The notes below the pieces were generated by a model. That model did not search any database. It worked only from the letters and a program-made list of their open reading frames with translations, and was not told the origin of the DNA. A program made the translations under genes and the position numbers. A stretch of DNA of 64,000 nucleotides, from the NCBI GenBank assembly GCA_028534125.1, contig CM052832.1, positions 17,858,001-17,922,000 of the forward strand. The letters run 5' to 3'. The DNA is from Lama glama (taxonomy: Eukaryota). This document shows, one piece after another, positions 24,780 to 37,433 of the stretch (position 1 is its first letter; the number at the start of each line of letters is the position of its first letter).

Positions 24780-27720
24780 CATTCATTCAGCAAATATTTG
24801 ATGACCATGCCTATTATGTGCCAGGCTCAGCTCTAGGCATAGGAGGTTCAGTACTTAATAAGTTAAATAAAGTCCCCATTCTCATAGTACTTGCATTCTT
24901 ATTGGAGTAGATAGCAAATAGTCAAATAGAGAACAATTAAGCAGGCTGGACATAGGATGGAGAGGTGGCACAGCGTTGCTCTTTTATATAGGATGGTCAG
25001 AAAAAAAATCCAACTATGTGGCATCTGAGCAGAGAGCTAACAAAATTAAAAAATGAACTGAGCAGATATTTGAAAGAACCACATCCAAAGGCTTAGAGGT
25101 TGAAGCAAGCAAGCAAGGACAGTATAGCAACTGGAGTAGAGTGAAAGGGGCGAGATCAGAAAGGAGTTGGGGGGCAGACTGCATAGGATCCAGTAGGTAA
25201 TGATACAGAATTTGTTTTTTTTCTGCAAAGCCACTGGAGGGTTTGAGCAGAGACATGACATGATCAGACTCACATTTCTATGGATTCTTTCAGTTTCTAT
25301 ATTAGGATTAGACTATTGGATGAGGGTTTAAGCAGGGAACTTAGTAAGTTATTGTGATAATGATACCATATGAGACGATGGTGGTTTTGGCCATGGTCCT
25401 AATAGCGGAGGCCATTAGAAGTATCACATTCTGGGTTCACTTTGCAGGAAGAACCATTGGACTTGATGATGGATTAGACATGGAATATGAGAGAAACAGG
25501 AGTCAGGAATGGCCTCAAGGTTTTTGGATCTAGATCTGTAAATACTGAGTTTCTCTTTACTGATATGGGTAAGACCAAGTTGGATGTGCAAAGCAGTGAA
25601 AAGCAGTTTGATTTTAGACATCCCGCATTTGAAATGCCTATTAGATATCTGAAGATGTTGAGTAATTATATGTATTAGCATGGACAGCAGGGAGAAGGTC
25701 CAGACTAGAGACACAGGGATTTAAATCTGAGAAACATCCACAATATACAGGAATTAAAACCACTGAGAGTAAATGAGATCAACCCGGGTATAAAGAAGGC
25801 CCAAGGAGAGACGTAATCCTAGGACTGAGCTCTAAGGCTTTCCAGCATTTAGAGGCCTAGAAATGAGAAGTACCCAACAAAGAGGACAAAGTTGCCAGTG
25901 AAATAGCAAGAGACCAGATGAGAGTGATGTCCCAGAAGCGAAGAGAAGAAAATGCTTCATCAGGAGGAAATATCCAACTATGTCACATGCTATTCATAAG
26001 ACACATGTAAGGTGAGGAATGAAGACTGATTCCTGATTCAGCAAGGAGGAGGTCATTATGACCTTGAAAAAAGCTGTTTGAGTGGAATGATAGGAACAAA
26101 AGACTGACTAGAGGGGAGGGTTTAATAGTGGACTGAGAAGAAATGGGGATGACAGCAGACAACTCTTTGAAGAAGAGCTTTCAGAAAAAGGAAAGAATTT
26201 GCAGCTAGAAGCAAATGTGGGGTCAAAAGGTCTTTTGATTTTTAACATGCAAGAAAGAAATATTGGTAACGTGGATGAGAGAGGGCAGTATTCCCGGGGC
26301 AGGCTATAGATAAAAGAATGAGCAAATCACCCATGGTAATTAGGAAGAAAGGCAGAATAAAAAGTTGATGAGATAGAATATGTGGGAAATGTGTTCTAGT
26401 TGCTTCTATTTTCTCAAAGGAATGGAAAGCAAGGTCATGGTTGAGGTGAACATGGGGGAGGAGGTAGTGAAGATCTGTGAAGAGAGAGCTGCAAACAAGC
26501 TATCTAGAAGAGTGGCCTGGGGAATTGTGTGGGATTACAGAAAAGCACTAGGGGCCCACTCAAAGTTAATGGTCATGAACTTACAGCTGGACAAGTTAGC
26601 CTGGTGTGTCTTTTTCTCCAGTTTCATTCACCTGTATGAATATAGGCAATGAATAGAAATGTGGATTTTTACAAGGGTTAGAATTCCACAGAACAAGTAT
26701 GATGGAGCAAGTGGGTTGACAGGATATGCAAGAGAGTAACTATAATGGTGAACTATGGATCATAGTCTGGGTAAGGAGGGAAGCAAAGATAGAAGAAGGG
26801 TGGTGGACAAGACAGTATAAAATGGACCACATATGCCAGTGGTGTTAAAATGTTGTTAGAGTTGAAGTCTTGGAGGTAATGAGCTGGAAGGACAGAGGTG
26901 ACAGGCAGAATGAGATGTTTGAGGCTGAATTATGGAGTGGGCATGATAAGGTCTAAGGCAGTTTTTAAAACCTGTAGCTCTCACAGCAGACAAACATTAG
27001 TACAAGGACTGAGAAATAATTTGGAGGTCACAACCAACTTTTGGACTTTGTCTATTATTTATTTTGAATTAAAAAATGTATTTATGTATAAGTGAACATA
27101 TATTTGTTACTAACTTCGTATTTCTTACTTACATGTAGCAAAGGAAAGTAGTGGATTTAAAAACTTTCAGTTAAAAATACACATACATACACAAATGCAT
27201 GTATAGAGAGTCCAGATGTAAAATGTATTACTGTGAACTGAAGTCAAAGAAGTTGGAAAACTCAGGTCTAAGTTTTGACCACATGAGAGGGCTGCTAAAA
27301 AGGAATGGAAAACAAGATCAGTGGATGAGAGATGAGGGAAGGTCAGAGTACTGGAAAGATTGTCTTCCTGGATACTAAAATCACCAAGCATCATGACAGG
27401 GGTAGTACTGGGGAGTGATTTGTGACCTACAAGCTTAGATTTTCAAGGAATTACCCCAAGAGTCTGTAGATGAAAGCAAAAATAAGGGGAAGCAGTGGTG
27501 AAGTGTAAGAGAAAAGCTTCAACACTAGGAGTTTTTAGGGAGGAAGGAGGACAATCTGGAAGAGGCAATGAGGAGCAAGAAAAAAACCTACTTACCTGCA
27601 CGCCCAGTGGTGAAAAGGATGGGGAAGAAAAACCAGCTACCAGTAAGAAGAGCTGCAAAGGAAGCAGAGTCAGTGGGAGAGGATTAGTTTTTGCTACAGA
27701 AAGAGTGTGAAAGGAATAGT
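24780..27720 (-). mobile_element. long L2 LINE remnant (about 3 kb) with RT and endonuclease remnants
   Basis: 3' end 'cattcattcagcaaatattt' at 24780. Minus-strand ORF 25424-25714 has 'RHFKCGMSKIKLLF' (L2 RT HLKLNMSKTEL-like). ORF 27167-27394 has 'MLGDFSIQED...GQNLDL' (APE endonuclease LGDFN / GHTLDL-like). Confidence 0.8.
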
Positions 27721-28139
27721 CAAAGAGATGGAGAATACAGGCAATTTATTCTGCCTGCTTATTGGTGGGACCAGTTAGTGACATCATAAACGTGGGAAAA
27801 CCCTTCCAGTACTGGTCCCACTACTATGACTTAATGTGCGTCTTTGAGCCAGCTGTGGCACTCAACACAAAGCCATTCTTTGTTTGCAGCTCCTTTTTTT
27901 GCTCCAGAATTAGGAGGAATCCCTATGCTCAGAAACAAAGTACCGAGGTGACTAATAGAGATGTTAGGGTTACAACCAGCAAGAGGTTGACAGATTCTGG
28001 GCTTGGAGATGGGGGACAATCAGGGGAGAGTGTAATGATGTTAGAGTATGGGAAAGACTTCTGGGTTCCCTGGGATTTGGGCAGGAGGATAGCATTATAG
28101 GCCATGCCCTCTGCCAGATTCCCTCTCCCATTCATCTCA

Positions 28140-28690
28140 TTAAGGGACGAGTTTGCAATTCAATTTTAGTTTGTATATCTACTAACTTATCAAAAATATA
28201 CAATATGTTCACAAAATATGATCTAATAAAAGTGGCAGTAACTTAATGCAGAAAACTGTTAACTCTTAAAGCAATATGGTCATTAGAAAAAAAATTTAAT
28301 TAAGTTCAGTATTTATACTTTTTTGTTTTAGAGAAGTACAACAGGGTAGATCAAAAACAGCCATGTTACAATAGAATGTATTTTTGTAGGGTAAGGGAAT
28401 GAAAATACAAGTTCAAACACAAGGGGATGTAAAATTTCAAATGTTAAAGAAAATTTATTGTTTTAAATAGATGATAGTCTATCTTAAAAAATAATCCCAG
28501 TGGTAGTTAGATTCATTTAGAAAAGTGATGGAACACATTTTAAAAGTCACAATTTATAATGTACTGGAAATCATATTCTTTACAACTGCTTGAACTTACG
28601 ATGCGAAATTTTTAGATATCAATCTAAAAATATGCAAGGGGGTAGATAATCTTTCAAAAGGATATACTTTCAAATTTTGAAGACTACTAC
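28140..28690. mobile_element. probable hAT-Charlie DNA transposon fragment
   Basis: AT-rich body ending 'gcaagggggtagataatctttcaaaa...aaattttgaagactact', similar to recalled Charlie termini. Confidence 0.4.
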
Positions 28691-28849
28691 CCTACAGCAG
28701 AGCTTCACATGTGATGTAACATAGTGGTTACAAACAGACTCAGGAGTTAAGTCTTTCTACTGGTATGACATTGGATAAGTGACTTAAGTTCAGCTCAGTC
28801 TACCTATCTGTAAAATGGGGACAGTAACAATACCCTGTCTTTAGAGTTA

Positions 28850-29020
28850 AAGTTGTCTAACTTCCGCATATGGGTTTGTTAAAATACAGACCACTGGGCC
28901 CCATTCCCAGAGATTCTGCTTCGGCAGATCTGGGGTCAGGCCCCCAACTTTGCATTTCTAACAAGTTTCCAGGTGATGTTAATGCTGCTGGCTCAGGGAT
29001 CACACTTTGAGAACCTTTGG
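28850..29020 (+). mobile_element. MER5A MITE inserted in a MIR (MIR pieces about 28710-28850 and 29020-29115)
   Basis: 'tttgttaaaatacagaccactgggccccattcccagagattctg...tttgcatttctaacaagtttccaggtgatgttaatgctgctggctcagggatcacactttgagaac'. Confidence 0.8.
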
Positions 29021-29420
29021 CCTAGCTCATAAAATCATTGTGAGGATTAAAAAGTTAGTATATAAAAGTGCTTAGAACTCCACTGGCCCACAACAGGTGC
29101 TAAAACATATTAGCCAGTATCAGCAGTTAGGATCGGATTCACTGCAAAAGAAGACTCTGCTCCAGTGGGTTAAATAGAAAGGAGTTAGTATATGTCATTT
29201 AACATGAGGACCTGAGGTAAATCATCCAGGGCTGGCACCGCTGCTCAAGAATGTCATGAAGTTCCCAGGCTCCTTCGGTCTTCTTTTCTCAGTTGTCTTT
29301 GTTCTGTGGTTTTCAACATCATAAATCCATAATAGATGCTGTTCCTCCAGGAATCTTGTCTGAATTCCAGACAGGAAGAGAGAAGATCAAAGAAGTACAG
29401 GGTTAAGAGTTGATGGAACA

Positions 29421-29538
29421 GAGGGGAGGGTACAGCTCAGTAGTAGAGCACATGCTTAGCATGCATGAGGTCCTGGGTTTAATCCTCAGTACCCCATTAA
29501 AAAATAAATAAACCTAATTACCCACCCCCACAAAAAAA
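29421..29538 (+). mobile_element. camelid tRNA-derived SINE (Vic-1-like) inserted in an old MLT1-like LTR
   Basis: 'ggggagggtacagctcagtagtagagcacatgcttagcatgcatgaggtcctgggtttaatcctcagtacc...aataaataaacctaattaccc' plus A tail; degenerate TSD aagagttgatggaaca / aaaagctaatggagca. Confidence 0.8.
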
Positions 29539-31295
29539 GCTAATGGAGCAAGCCACAAGTCACAGCCCCTCCTCCTGGAAAAATGTTTCTAGAAGCTCCC
29601 CATAAGCAACTTTCACTTAAATCTCAATGGTCAGACCCAGGCCACATGCCACCCCAACTACAAGGGAGAAGGGAAGGGAAGAATTTTGGCTCTCTAGCTA
29701 TCATGATGGAGGTAATCAAAGGAGAAAGGAGTTTGGGATGAAAGTATACAACATCTGCAGAAACTCATGCAAAATATCAAATGTATGTGTATTTTTCTAA
29801 GGAGTCAATCCATAGCTTTCACCAGATTTTCAAAGATCAAAAAACTGGCTCTCAAGCCCACATTTCTTGACTCAAGCATCCAAATATTTTAACAAAAGGG
29901 ATATTCACTCCCCTGCACACCCCATCTCAGACATCACATGAAATTATAAAACCTGACAGCATGGTTGCATTAATTTCCGTCTCTTTTCCTTTTTTAAGCA
30001 TTCTACTAAACCTGTAAATGCTGCTTATATTATTTAAATACTTGTTTATAAGTAGTCCTATGGGGTACATTTTGGTGTGTGTATGTGTTTTAATGCGACT
30101 TCCCAAATAGAGCATATACTTCTTTAAAAAAATGTGTCTTCATTTATTTTCTTCCTGTTACATTTGTATAAAGTTGGGGAACAAGGGGCATTAACTTAGG
30201 AGTTAAGTTCTTCTGTTCTTTATTTCAGGCTGGCATTAATAACTGGAGATTTGGGTTCCCTGACAGTAGAAACTGAATGGATATTTAAAGAAGAGAGGCA
30301 GGACTGGATTTATTCCCTTTCTTAGTGTTTAAAAGATTGCTTAATTTAGGAGTATAACCTAAATCCTGAAGGATTTGCATTCTTCAACATATCACTTCTA
30401 TTTAATTGGAGGAAAGAAGGCTTATCTACGGAAATGTTTACTGGGATCATCTAGAATGTCATCTTGTTCCTAAAAACGTTAGATCAAACGTACTAATTCT
30501 AAAGTTTCAGCTGATCAGTGTATATAATGGGTTAGGGAATGAATTCTGAAATTATTAAAATGTTAACAGTGAGAAAGTTTAAAGGCATCTTTAAATGACA
30601 CATCGTTTCATATTCCGGGAAAAGTGAACTTAGGAAGTTAATATTTGCTAGAAGGCTCACTGCCTACCAGCAGATGAGTCCGAGTTTGGTAGAAAGCACG
30701 TTATCACTTACAAACTGGCCAAGAGGATGTTCCAATGTGTAGAGAACAAGTGATTTACAAGAAACAAGGGACATTTTTTTAAATAATGAGCTGACAACTT
30801 ATAAAAGTTAGCCTTTATATAAAATTCAGTTTAGTTTTATCCTAACAATGTTACGTTGACACAGTTTTGTACCAAGCTTTTTGTATTAGATCATTTTTAT
30901 TTTTTAATATTGAACTCAAGCTTTCTTTTGCAGTTGAGATATCCCAACTCTCAATTAGCAGACGTACTAGTTCCCTTATCTTGGACTTATCCTATTTATG
31001 GTTTAAAAATTTTTTGAAAAGGTAAATTTCCACTTTCTAGGCTCTTTAATGAGAAATACAAATTTCTTGAAAGTTGAAAATCCACTGACCAAGTTCATAG
31101 TCTCAACTTTGAGCATCCCTGCTTTAACTATCAGAACAGAGCAGCAGTTGGCAAATTTGTTTGGGGTTGTCCTAAAACCATGTTAAATGTTAATATGAAT
31201 GGTTTCCTTAAATATGAATTCCTGGTGTCAGATGAGATGTGAACTCTGGTCTGATACTATTTCAACTATTCATATACACAAACTCCCTTATTAGG

Positions 31296-31713
31296 TATTA
31301 TGGGTTGAACTGTGTTCCCTACCAAATTCAAACACTGAAGTCTTAACCCTCAGTACCTCAGAATGTGACCTTTATTTGGAGAAAGGTTTTTAAAGAAGTA
31401 AAATGGGGAAAAGTTAAAGTGAGGTCATTAGAACGGGCCCTAATCCAATATGACTGGTATCCTTATAAGAAGAGGAAAGGTGAACATGGTGACACACATG
31501 GAGGGAAGATGACGTGAAGAGACATAGGGAAAGAATCTACTAGCTAAGAGAGGCCTGAAACAGATCTTTCCCTCACGGCCCTCAGAAGGCATCAACCCTG
31601 TTGACACTTTGATTTTGGGCTTCCAGCCTCCAGAACTGTGAGACAATGCATTTCTGTTCTTTAAGGCCCCAGTCTGTGCTACTCTGTAAAGACAGCCCTA
31701 GCAGACTAGTAGG
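31296..31713 (+). mobile_element. MaLR LTR (MLT1A/B-like)
   Basis: 'tattatgggttgaactgtgttccc...cagtacctcagaatgtgacc...ccctaatccaatatgactggtatccttataagaagagg...cttccagcctccagaactgtgagacaat...cagccctagcagact'. Confidence 0.85.
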
Positions 31714-32424
31714 GCAGGGATTCTCCCATATTGTACAAAAGTTTTCTCTCATTCCTCACATCCAAAGACCGCTTCCTTCTTTCTCCATGCAAGGACACTG
31801 TTACACAAGAATGAGCTGTGGCTGAAAATGTTCCCACATTTTACAAACTTAAAAACCTTTTCCTAAATACGTGGCCCCTCTGATGTCAGAATCTCCCAAA
31901 TTTTAGCTTAACACAGACTGCGACCAAAAGTGTTGTGGACAACTTTCATTCTGTCATGTAGCTTAAAAGGAAGTTGCTTGGTCACAATATTTTCTTTCTC
32001 TTTCCTATAGGCTGTGATTCAGTTTTGCCCTCATGAACAAGGACAGTGCTCTGGAGATTTCAAAGCAGCAAGCAAAGCACAGGCCACTGGAGAACTTTTT
32101 GAAGAAGTCTCCTGGCTTGCCTTTCAGCAAGACATTCACATGATAAATACATTTTCTATCCTGCTTAAAGCACTGTTACTTGTTCTTTGGGGTACTAATC
32201 ATATAAATAACCCAACTAACATGTGGGGAAAAAAAGAGAATAAGGGCTGTTAACTGAGGAGGTGGCCAAAGTTGATACACACTTACCTAGATTATTTCAA
32301 GAGTCTCTTAACTGATTTTACTGCTTTGGGTTTTGCCCCTGTCCAACGCATTCTCCACATTCTGACTATAATCTTTCTAATATATAAATCTGGTTATACT
32401 ACTTTCTCATTTAAAACCACTGCC

Positions 32425-32620
32425 TAGAGTGGTACTGTCCAATATGGTGGCCCTAGCCATATGGAGATAATAAATTAATAAAAATTCAATAAAATAAACT
32501 CAACAGTACTAGCTACACTGCAAATGTTCAATAGCCCCAGGTAACCAGAGACTACCATGGTGGACAACACAGATATAGGACATTCCCACCATTATGCAAA
32601 GTTCTACTGAATGGCATTGG
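32425..32620. mobile_element. MER3-like hAT-Charlie MITE
   Basis: 'tactgtccaatatggtggccctagccatatg...tagctacactgcaaatgttcaatagcc...ggacaacacagatataggacattcccaccattatgcaaagttctact'. Confidence 0.7.
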
Positions 32621-32924
32621 GCTATAAGATGCACATCTAAGACCCCCTGCATAATCTGTTAAGCTCTTTCTCTGCAGACTTATCTGATGTTGCTATACAC
32701 TTCAGCAAAGAACAATAGGCTATTTCTTAGATCTGCTTTTTTTTTTTAACAATCTCGCTGTCTGGGAATTCTCTCTCCACCATGTCCATCTGGAAAACAA
32801 GAATTCATTCTTTGTGTTACTTCTCTACACACACATACCCAAAAAAGCCAGAAGAACTGAACATGATTCAAGACTTATTTCTGAACATATCTTCTTTTCT
32901 GCTATCCCTGAAAAGAATGGCTGA

Positions 32925-33515
32925 TCCAAGAAGTTCTTCAATTTAAAAAAATCACAATTTTACCCAAAAAACACCTGATTAAAAAATGGAAAAAGAACTT
33001 GAAGAAATATTTCTCCAAAGAAGATATATAAATGGCCAATAAGCACACAAAAAGATGCTCGACATCACTAATCATTAGGCATATGCAAATCAAACCCCCA
33101 ATGATATCACCTCACATCCCTTAGGATGGCTACTATCAAAAAACCCAGAAAATAACAAGCGTTGGCAAGGAGGAGGAGAAACTGAAATCCTTGTACACTG
33201 CTGGTGGAATTGTAAAATGGGGGAGCCGCTATGGAAAACAGTATGGAGATTTCTCAAAAAACTGAAAGTAGAATTGTATGATCCAGCCACTCCACTTCTG
33301 AGTGTGTATGCCCCAAAGAACTGAAAGCAGGGTCTTGTAGAAATATTTGTACACCCATGTGCAATAGCAGCATTATTCACAATAGTTAAAAAGTGGAAGC
33401 AATCCAAGTGCCCATCAATGAATAAATGGATATATAAAATGTGGTATATACATACAATGGAATAATAGTCAGCCTTAAAAAGAAAGGAAATTCTGACATA
33501 TGCCTCAACATGAAT
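32925..33515 (+). mobile_element. L1 ORF2 3' end fragment (L1MA/MB-like)
   Basis: 'ttctccaaagaagatatataaatggccaataagcacacaaaaagatgctcgacatcactaatcattagg...gctggtggaattgtaaaatgg...atggaataatagtcagccttaaaaagaaaggaaattctgaca'. Confidence 0.9.
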
Positions 33516-34239
33516 GAGGCCTAATTTATCCTCAACCACATCCTCAAACATCTCTGATTCTCAAACCATATAATGATCCTACTTTTCTAAGGACAAGACC
33601 ACAGATATATAAAAGAAATGTAGAGATCTATAAAAAGGTATTTATGCTGATATAAATAAGGCTGGAGTGAGTTGCAAACAAGGAGGAAGGATACAGGGTA
33701 AAATGGTAGTTGGTTAAGAAAAAAACACACCTACCAGGAGCTACTGAGCAAGAAACATTTACCTGTAGGAGACTCGGTGCTGTGTCTGAGAGGATGCATG
33801 TGACCAGGACAGTGCTAGGCAGTCTCCAGCCAGAGTGAGGGAGCTGGGGCCAGCTGCCATGAAGAGAATAACTTTGTTTTATTAAATAATTAATAACTTT
33901 TTTTTTTCCTGACAGAAAAGACACTAGAATTCTATTACTGAGCTCCTGGCAGTGCGGGAAAATCCTTCTATGGATTTTATTTTTGTTGAAGGAAAAAAAT
34001 ATGCTGAGTTCCTCAGATTAGACAAGGATAAAAATGAGAAGTCTCTTCTACTCGTTGCTTGTTTTATCCAAGTTTTGGACTCAGTACCTTGTTGGTAAAT
34101 TTCAGTCGGAGAGCCTGCATACACAAAGCAAGTGCCAGTTTGGCCACAGTGCCTCGACTGGGCAGCGTCAAAAGGATGCTTTCTGCCCAGAATAAAAGGT
34201 GAGCTTCACCTCTTGGATCTGACAGTAGTCCAGTGGTTG

Positions 34240-35110
34240 TTACCACCCGACTGCGCACTAGCATTCTCTAGAAAATTTAAAAGCGCTCGGGCTGTGGAGA
34301 TGCACTGCTCTTGTCTGAACTAAATCCACTCCCACCCCCATCATAACATTACACATCTCTTATTTACTTGATGCCCAGAATTATCAAACAGTGCACTCAA
34401 CACAGTCACATTTCTGCCTTCCCGGTAACGGTTTTCCACAAGATATCATCAACCAGAGCGCTTGGACTCTCCAGAACCTGTCGCTCAAGAGCCGGAATCC
34501 CTCCCTGCTTTCATCCGCCCCTCCCAACCACATCCAGGAGCAGAGACCTACCGCCAGCTGTCGTCCACGAGGCCAGTCGGCTTCCGATGGACCCTGTCGG
34601 GTGAGGAGTATCCAGGTCTGTGCCGTCTGCTCCCTGGCCAGATGGGTCTCCGCACAGTCATCCACTCGGTTCAGCTCCAGAATCCGCGTAGGTTGCGTTG
34701 GGGTCAAAAGACGAAGCGCCAGAACTTACTTGCCTTCATCCTCCGCACTCCCCATCACCTACGGATTTTTGCAATCTGCTGCTTCTTCTTAGCAAGCCAC
34801 CTGGGGGCCACCTCTAGAACCAGACTTAGGTTTCTCGACATTTGAAGTCCCACCTTTGTCAGCTTGGAGGCTCGGAAGACTGACCCTTCTCTAGCCACCT
34901 GTAAGCAGTCCTGCTTGGGGACAGGATTCAGGGTGTCGGTTCCCGAGCTCGCGGAGGAAAACAAGACCGTGAACACTTAGGCCTCTGGGGTGGAATAACG
35001 AGACAGCATTGTTTACAGCCTCTGACGTTATTTCCAGGTCCGCTCTAGGAACCTGGGAGGTTTCTGAGTCTCTGTGGTTATTTCTTGCTGTTAATGCTCC
35101 ACGTGACTTT
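34240..35110. promoter_or_regulatory. CpG-rich, repeat-free patch; candidate Pol II promoter or first exon of a non-coding transcript
   Basis: High CpG retention more than 2 kb from any tRNA gene; GC box CCGCCCC at about 34515; CTCF-like GCCACCTGGGGGCC at 34796-34809; minus-strand donor AA|GTAAGT at 34730/34729. Confidence 0.5.
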
Positions 35111-35356
35111 AATCTCTCCTCGGCTCTACCTTCTAAGTGGACCTGGAAGGGTTTATGTTTGAAAGAGAAATTATTTGGGAAAACTTCAAAAGCATATATG
35201 CAAAGATAGAATAGTACAATGAATTCTATGTACATATATCACATCTTCAACAATTATCAGCTCATGGCAATATTACTAACCTATAACCAATCCTCATTCC
35301 TCCCAACGCATTGTTTGAAGTGAATATCAGACACGTCGCATTGATCCATTTAGCAC

Positions 35357-35660
35357 AGCCCAGACTAAGGTGAGGCGAGTTAGGCATTTGCACAAAATTT
35401 AGGAGGCTGCCAAAAAGCTTAGCAAAAGAGACAAAAAATATTTTAAAGCAACATTAAAAAAAAATAAAAATTAATGCTGACTGGGACATCATGCTGTACA
35501 CCAGAAATTGACACATTGTAAGTGACTATACTTAAATTTAAAAAAGAATTTAAAAATTAATTCAAAAATCCGTAATGAATACAATATAAAAATTTTAAAT
35601 AGTCAGTATTACTGAGTTTTCCTTTTGCCTCAAGCTCCTATAGGACTGACACAGGACTAA
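35357..35660 (+). mobile_element. MER96B-like hAT MITE with a short L1 3'-end insert (about 35478-35545)
   Basis: 'cagcccagactaaggtgaggcgagttaggcatttgcacaaaatttaggaggctgccaaaaa...tttgcctcaagctcc'; insert 'gctgtacaccagaaattgacacattgtaagtgactatact' flanked by repeated taaaaattaat. Confidence 0.6.
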
Positions 35661-36001
35661 GTATCTCTAAAATGTAAGGACCTTTTTGAAAAACATAATC
35701 ACAGTATCGTTATCACATCTAAAAATAACAAAAATAAGAGCATCAAGTATCCAATCGTTCAAATTTTGCCAATTTTAGATATTTTATAAATATATTCTAT
35801 AATATATATTATGACAATCATATATAAGACATATACTATATATACACTTTTAAAAAACAATTCATAGGATATATGTCTTAAGTTTTTTAAATCAATAATG
35901 TCTCTCTTTTCCCTTTTAATATATTTTTAGAAGAAACCCGAGGCTTTCTACAGTCTGGATTTTGTCTCCCAGGGACTTTTAACTCAAGTCACTTCCTCCA
36001 G

Positions 36002-36495
36002 TATAGAGAAGGAAAAATAATCTTTCCCTCTGCCCTTCTAAGTTCTCAGCTAGGGCCCCTGTAACAAAAGACAGACTAAAGAGAAAAATATACAAATTTT
36101 TGTTTCATGTGATATGGGAGCCCTCATAAAGAAATGAAGACTCAAGCATTTGTAGTTGAATGCACGTATACTGAATCAGACAAAGAGCAGTAAAAATATG
36201 AAAATGTGACAAAGCAAAGGGGCTTGGGTTAGGATAGTTAATTGGGTGAAGTGACTAGGAAGATAAGGGTTAATTTGTATGAATTTCCCTCTGCCTCAAC
36301 TTTCCAACCTTGACAATAAGAAAGTTACTTCCCTCCTAGTATGGAGGATATCTTTCACATGGGAATTTTATCTTCTACTTCAAAGGAAAAGAAGGAAGAT
36401 TAGAGTGGTCTTCTCATATCTGCTATTTTTCAAGTGCTTTTAGCTCAAAATAATCCTTATGCCAAAATGGCATATTTATACTCTGTCACATTTCA
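36002..36495 (-). mobile_element. ERV1 solo LTR, MER34/MER39-like
   Basis: Perfect 4-bp TSD CCAG (35998-36001 and 36496-36499); ends in 'aaaataatccttatgccaaaatggg...ttca'. Confidence 0.85.
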
Positions 36496-37359
36496 CCAGC
36501 TTTTTTCTGTATTCTAATGGCAAAGCCCACAGAACAGCCAACCTGCCTCACAAAAGCAGAATTTTCAGCTGGACCACCTGAAACTAGTTATTGTTCAAAG
36601 TCTGATATTGGCAGGGAAGGCCAGAGTACCAGGTTCTTCCCCTTATCAGCTTTCTTCAGCCACGTTGGCCATCTGTCCCTACAGCACTGCAAGGTCACTT
36701 GATTTTAAGGCCTTTGTAGTTGCCAGGGCTGTGCTTCCAGTGCTTTGCATTTATTGCTGACTTTTTCCGCATTCCCACATCAGCTTGAAAGTGATCGCAA
36801 GTGATTGCTTCAGAGAGCGCTTCCCTGGCCATCCCACCTGATATAGCTTTCCACTCAGTCTTCTTCACCACATCACCTTGTTTTATTTTCTCATAAGTAT
36901 AATACACTTACCACTATTCAAAATTATCTTGACCCTTTATTTGTTTGCTTGTTCATTCCTTTCACTAGAACGAAAGTTCTATGAAAGCAAACACTTTGCC
37001 TATTTTGTGCACAGATTGGAAACCTGTTGATGCCGTGTGTGAGTAACAAGGAGGGGTTGGAGAGAGAACTCTCAGGCACCTTTTATCTAAGGCTGTATGT
37101 TATCAACACTATAAACATCTGAAGCATTATGTCACCATCAAAGGTGCCTTTAGAGGTGATTGATTTACAAATTTAGATTTAAACTAATAAGCATATGGCA
37201 GTTGGAAAAGAGACCGAAATTGGTGTGATGTAATTTTCAAGATTGGGAAGATTTGTCCCAGGTACTTCAGGCTGCAATGTCGTTGATGGCTGAAAAGTTA
37301 GACAACCTAAGGGTAATGCCAACAAAGTGGCCCTGGGCCTGAAACCGGTAAGTTAAAAT

Positions 37360-37433
37360 TGGCCCGTACGGGGATCGGACCCGCGACCTTGGCGTTATTA
37401 GCACCACGCTCTAACCAACTGAGCTAACCGGCC
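37360..37433 (-). tRNA. tRNA-Ile (anticodon AAT), U55C T-loop variant
   Basis: Identical to 40782-40855 except GGGTCCGATC instead of GGGTTCGATC (window position 37378); TTTT right after the gene. Confidence 0.9.

Noticed and set aside
33090..33551. 153-aa minus-strand ORF
   Set aside because: Antisense reading of an L1 3' fragment, a common source of spurious proteins.
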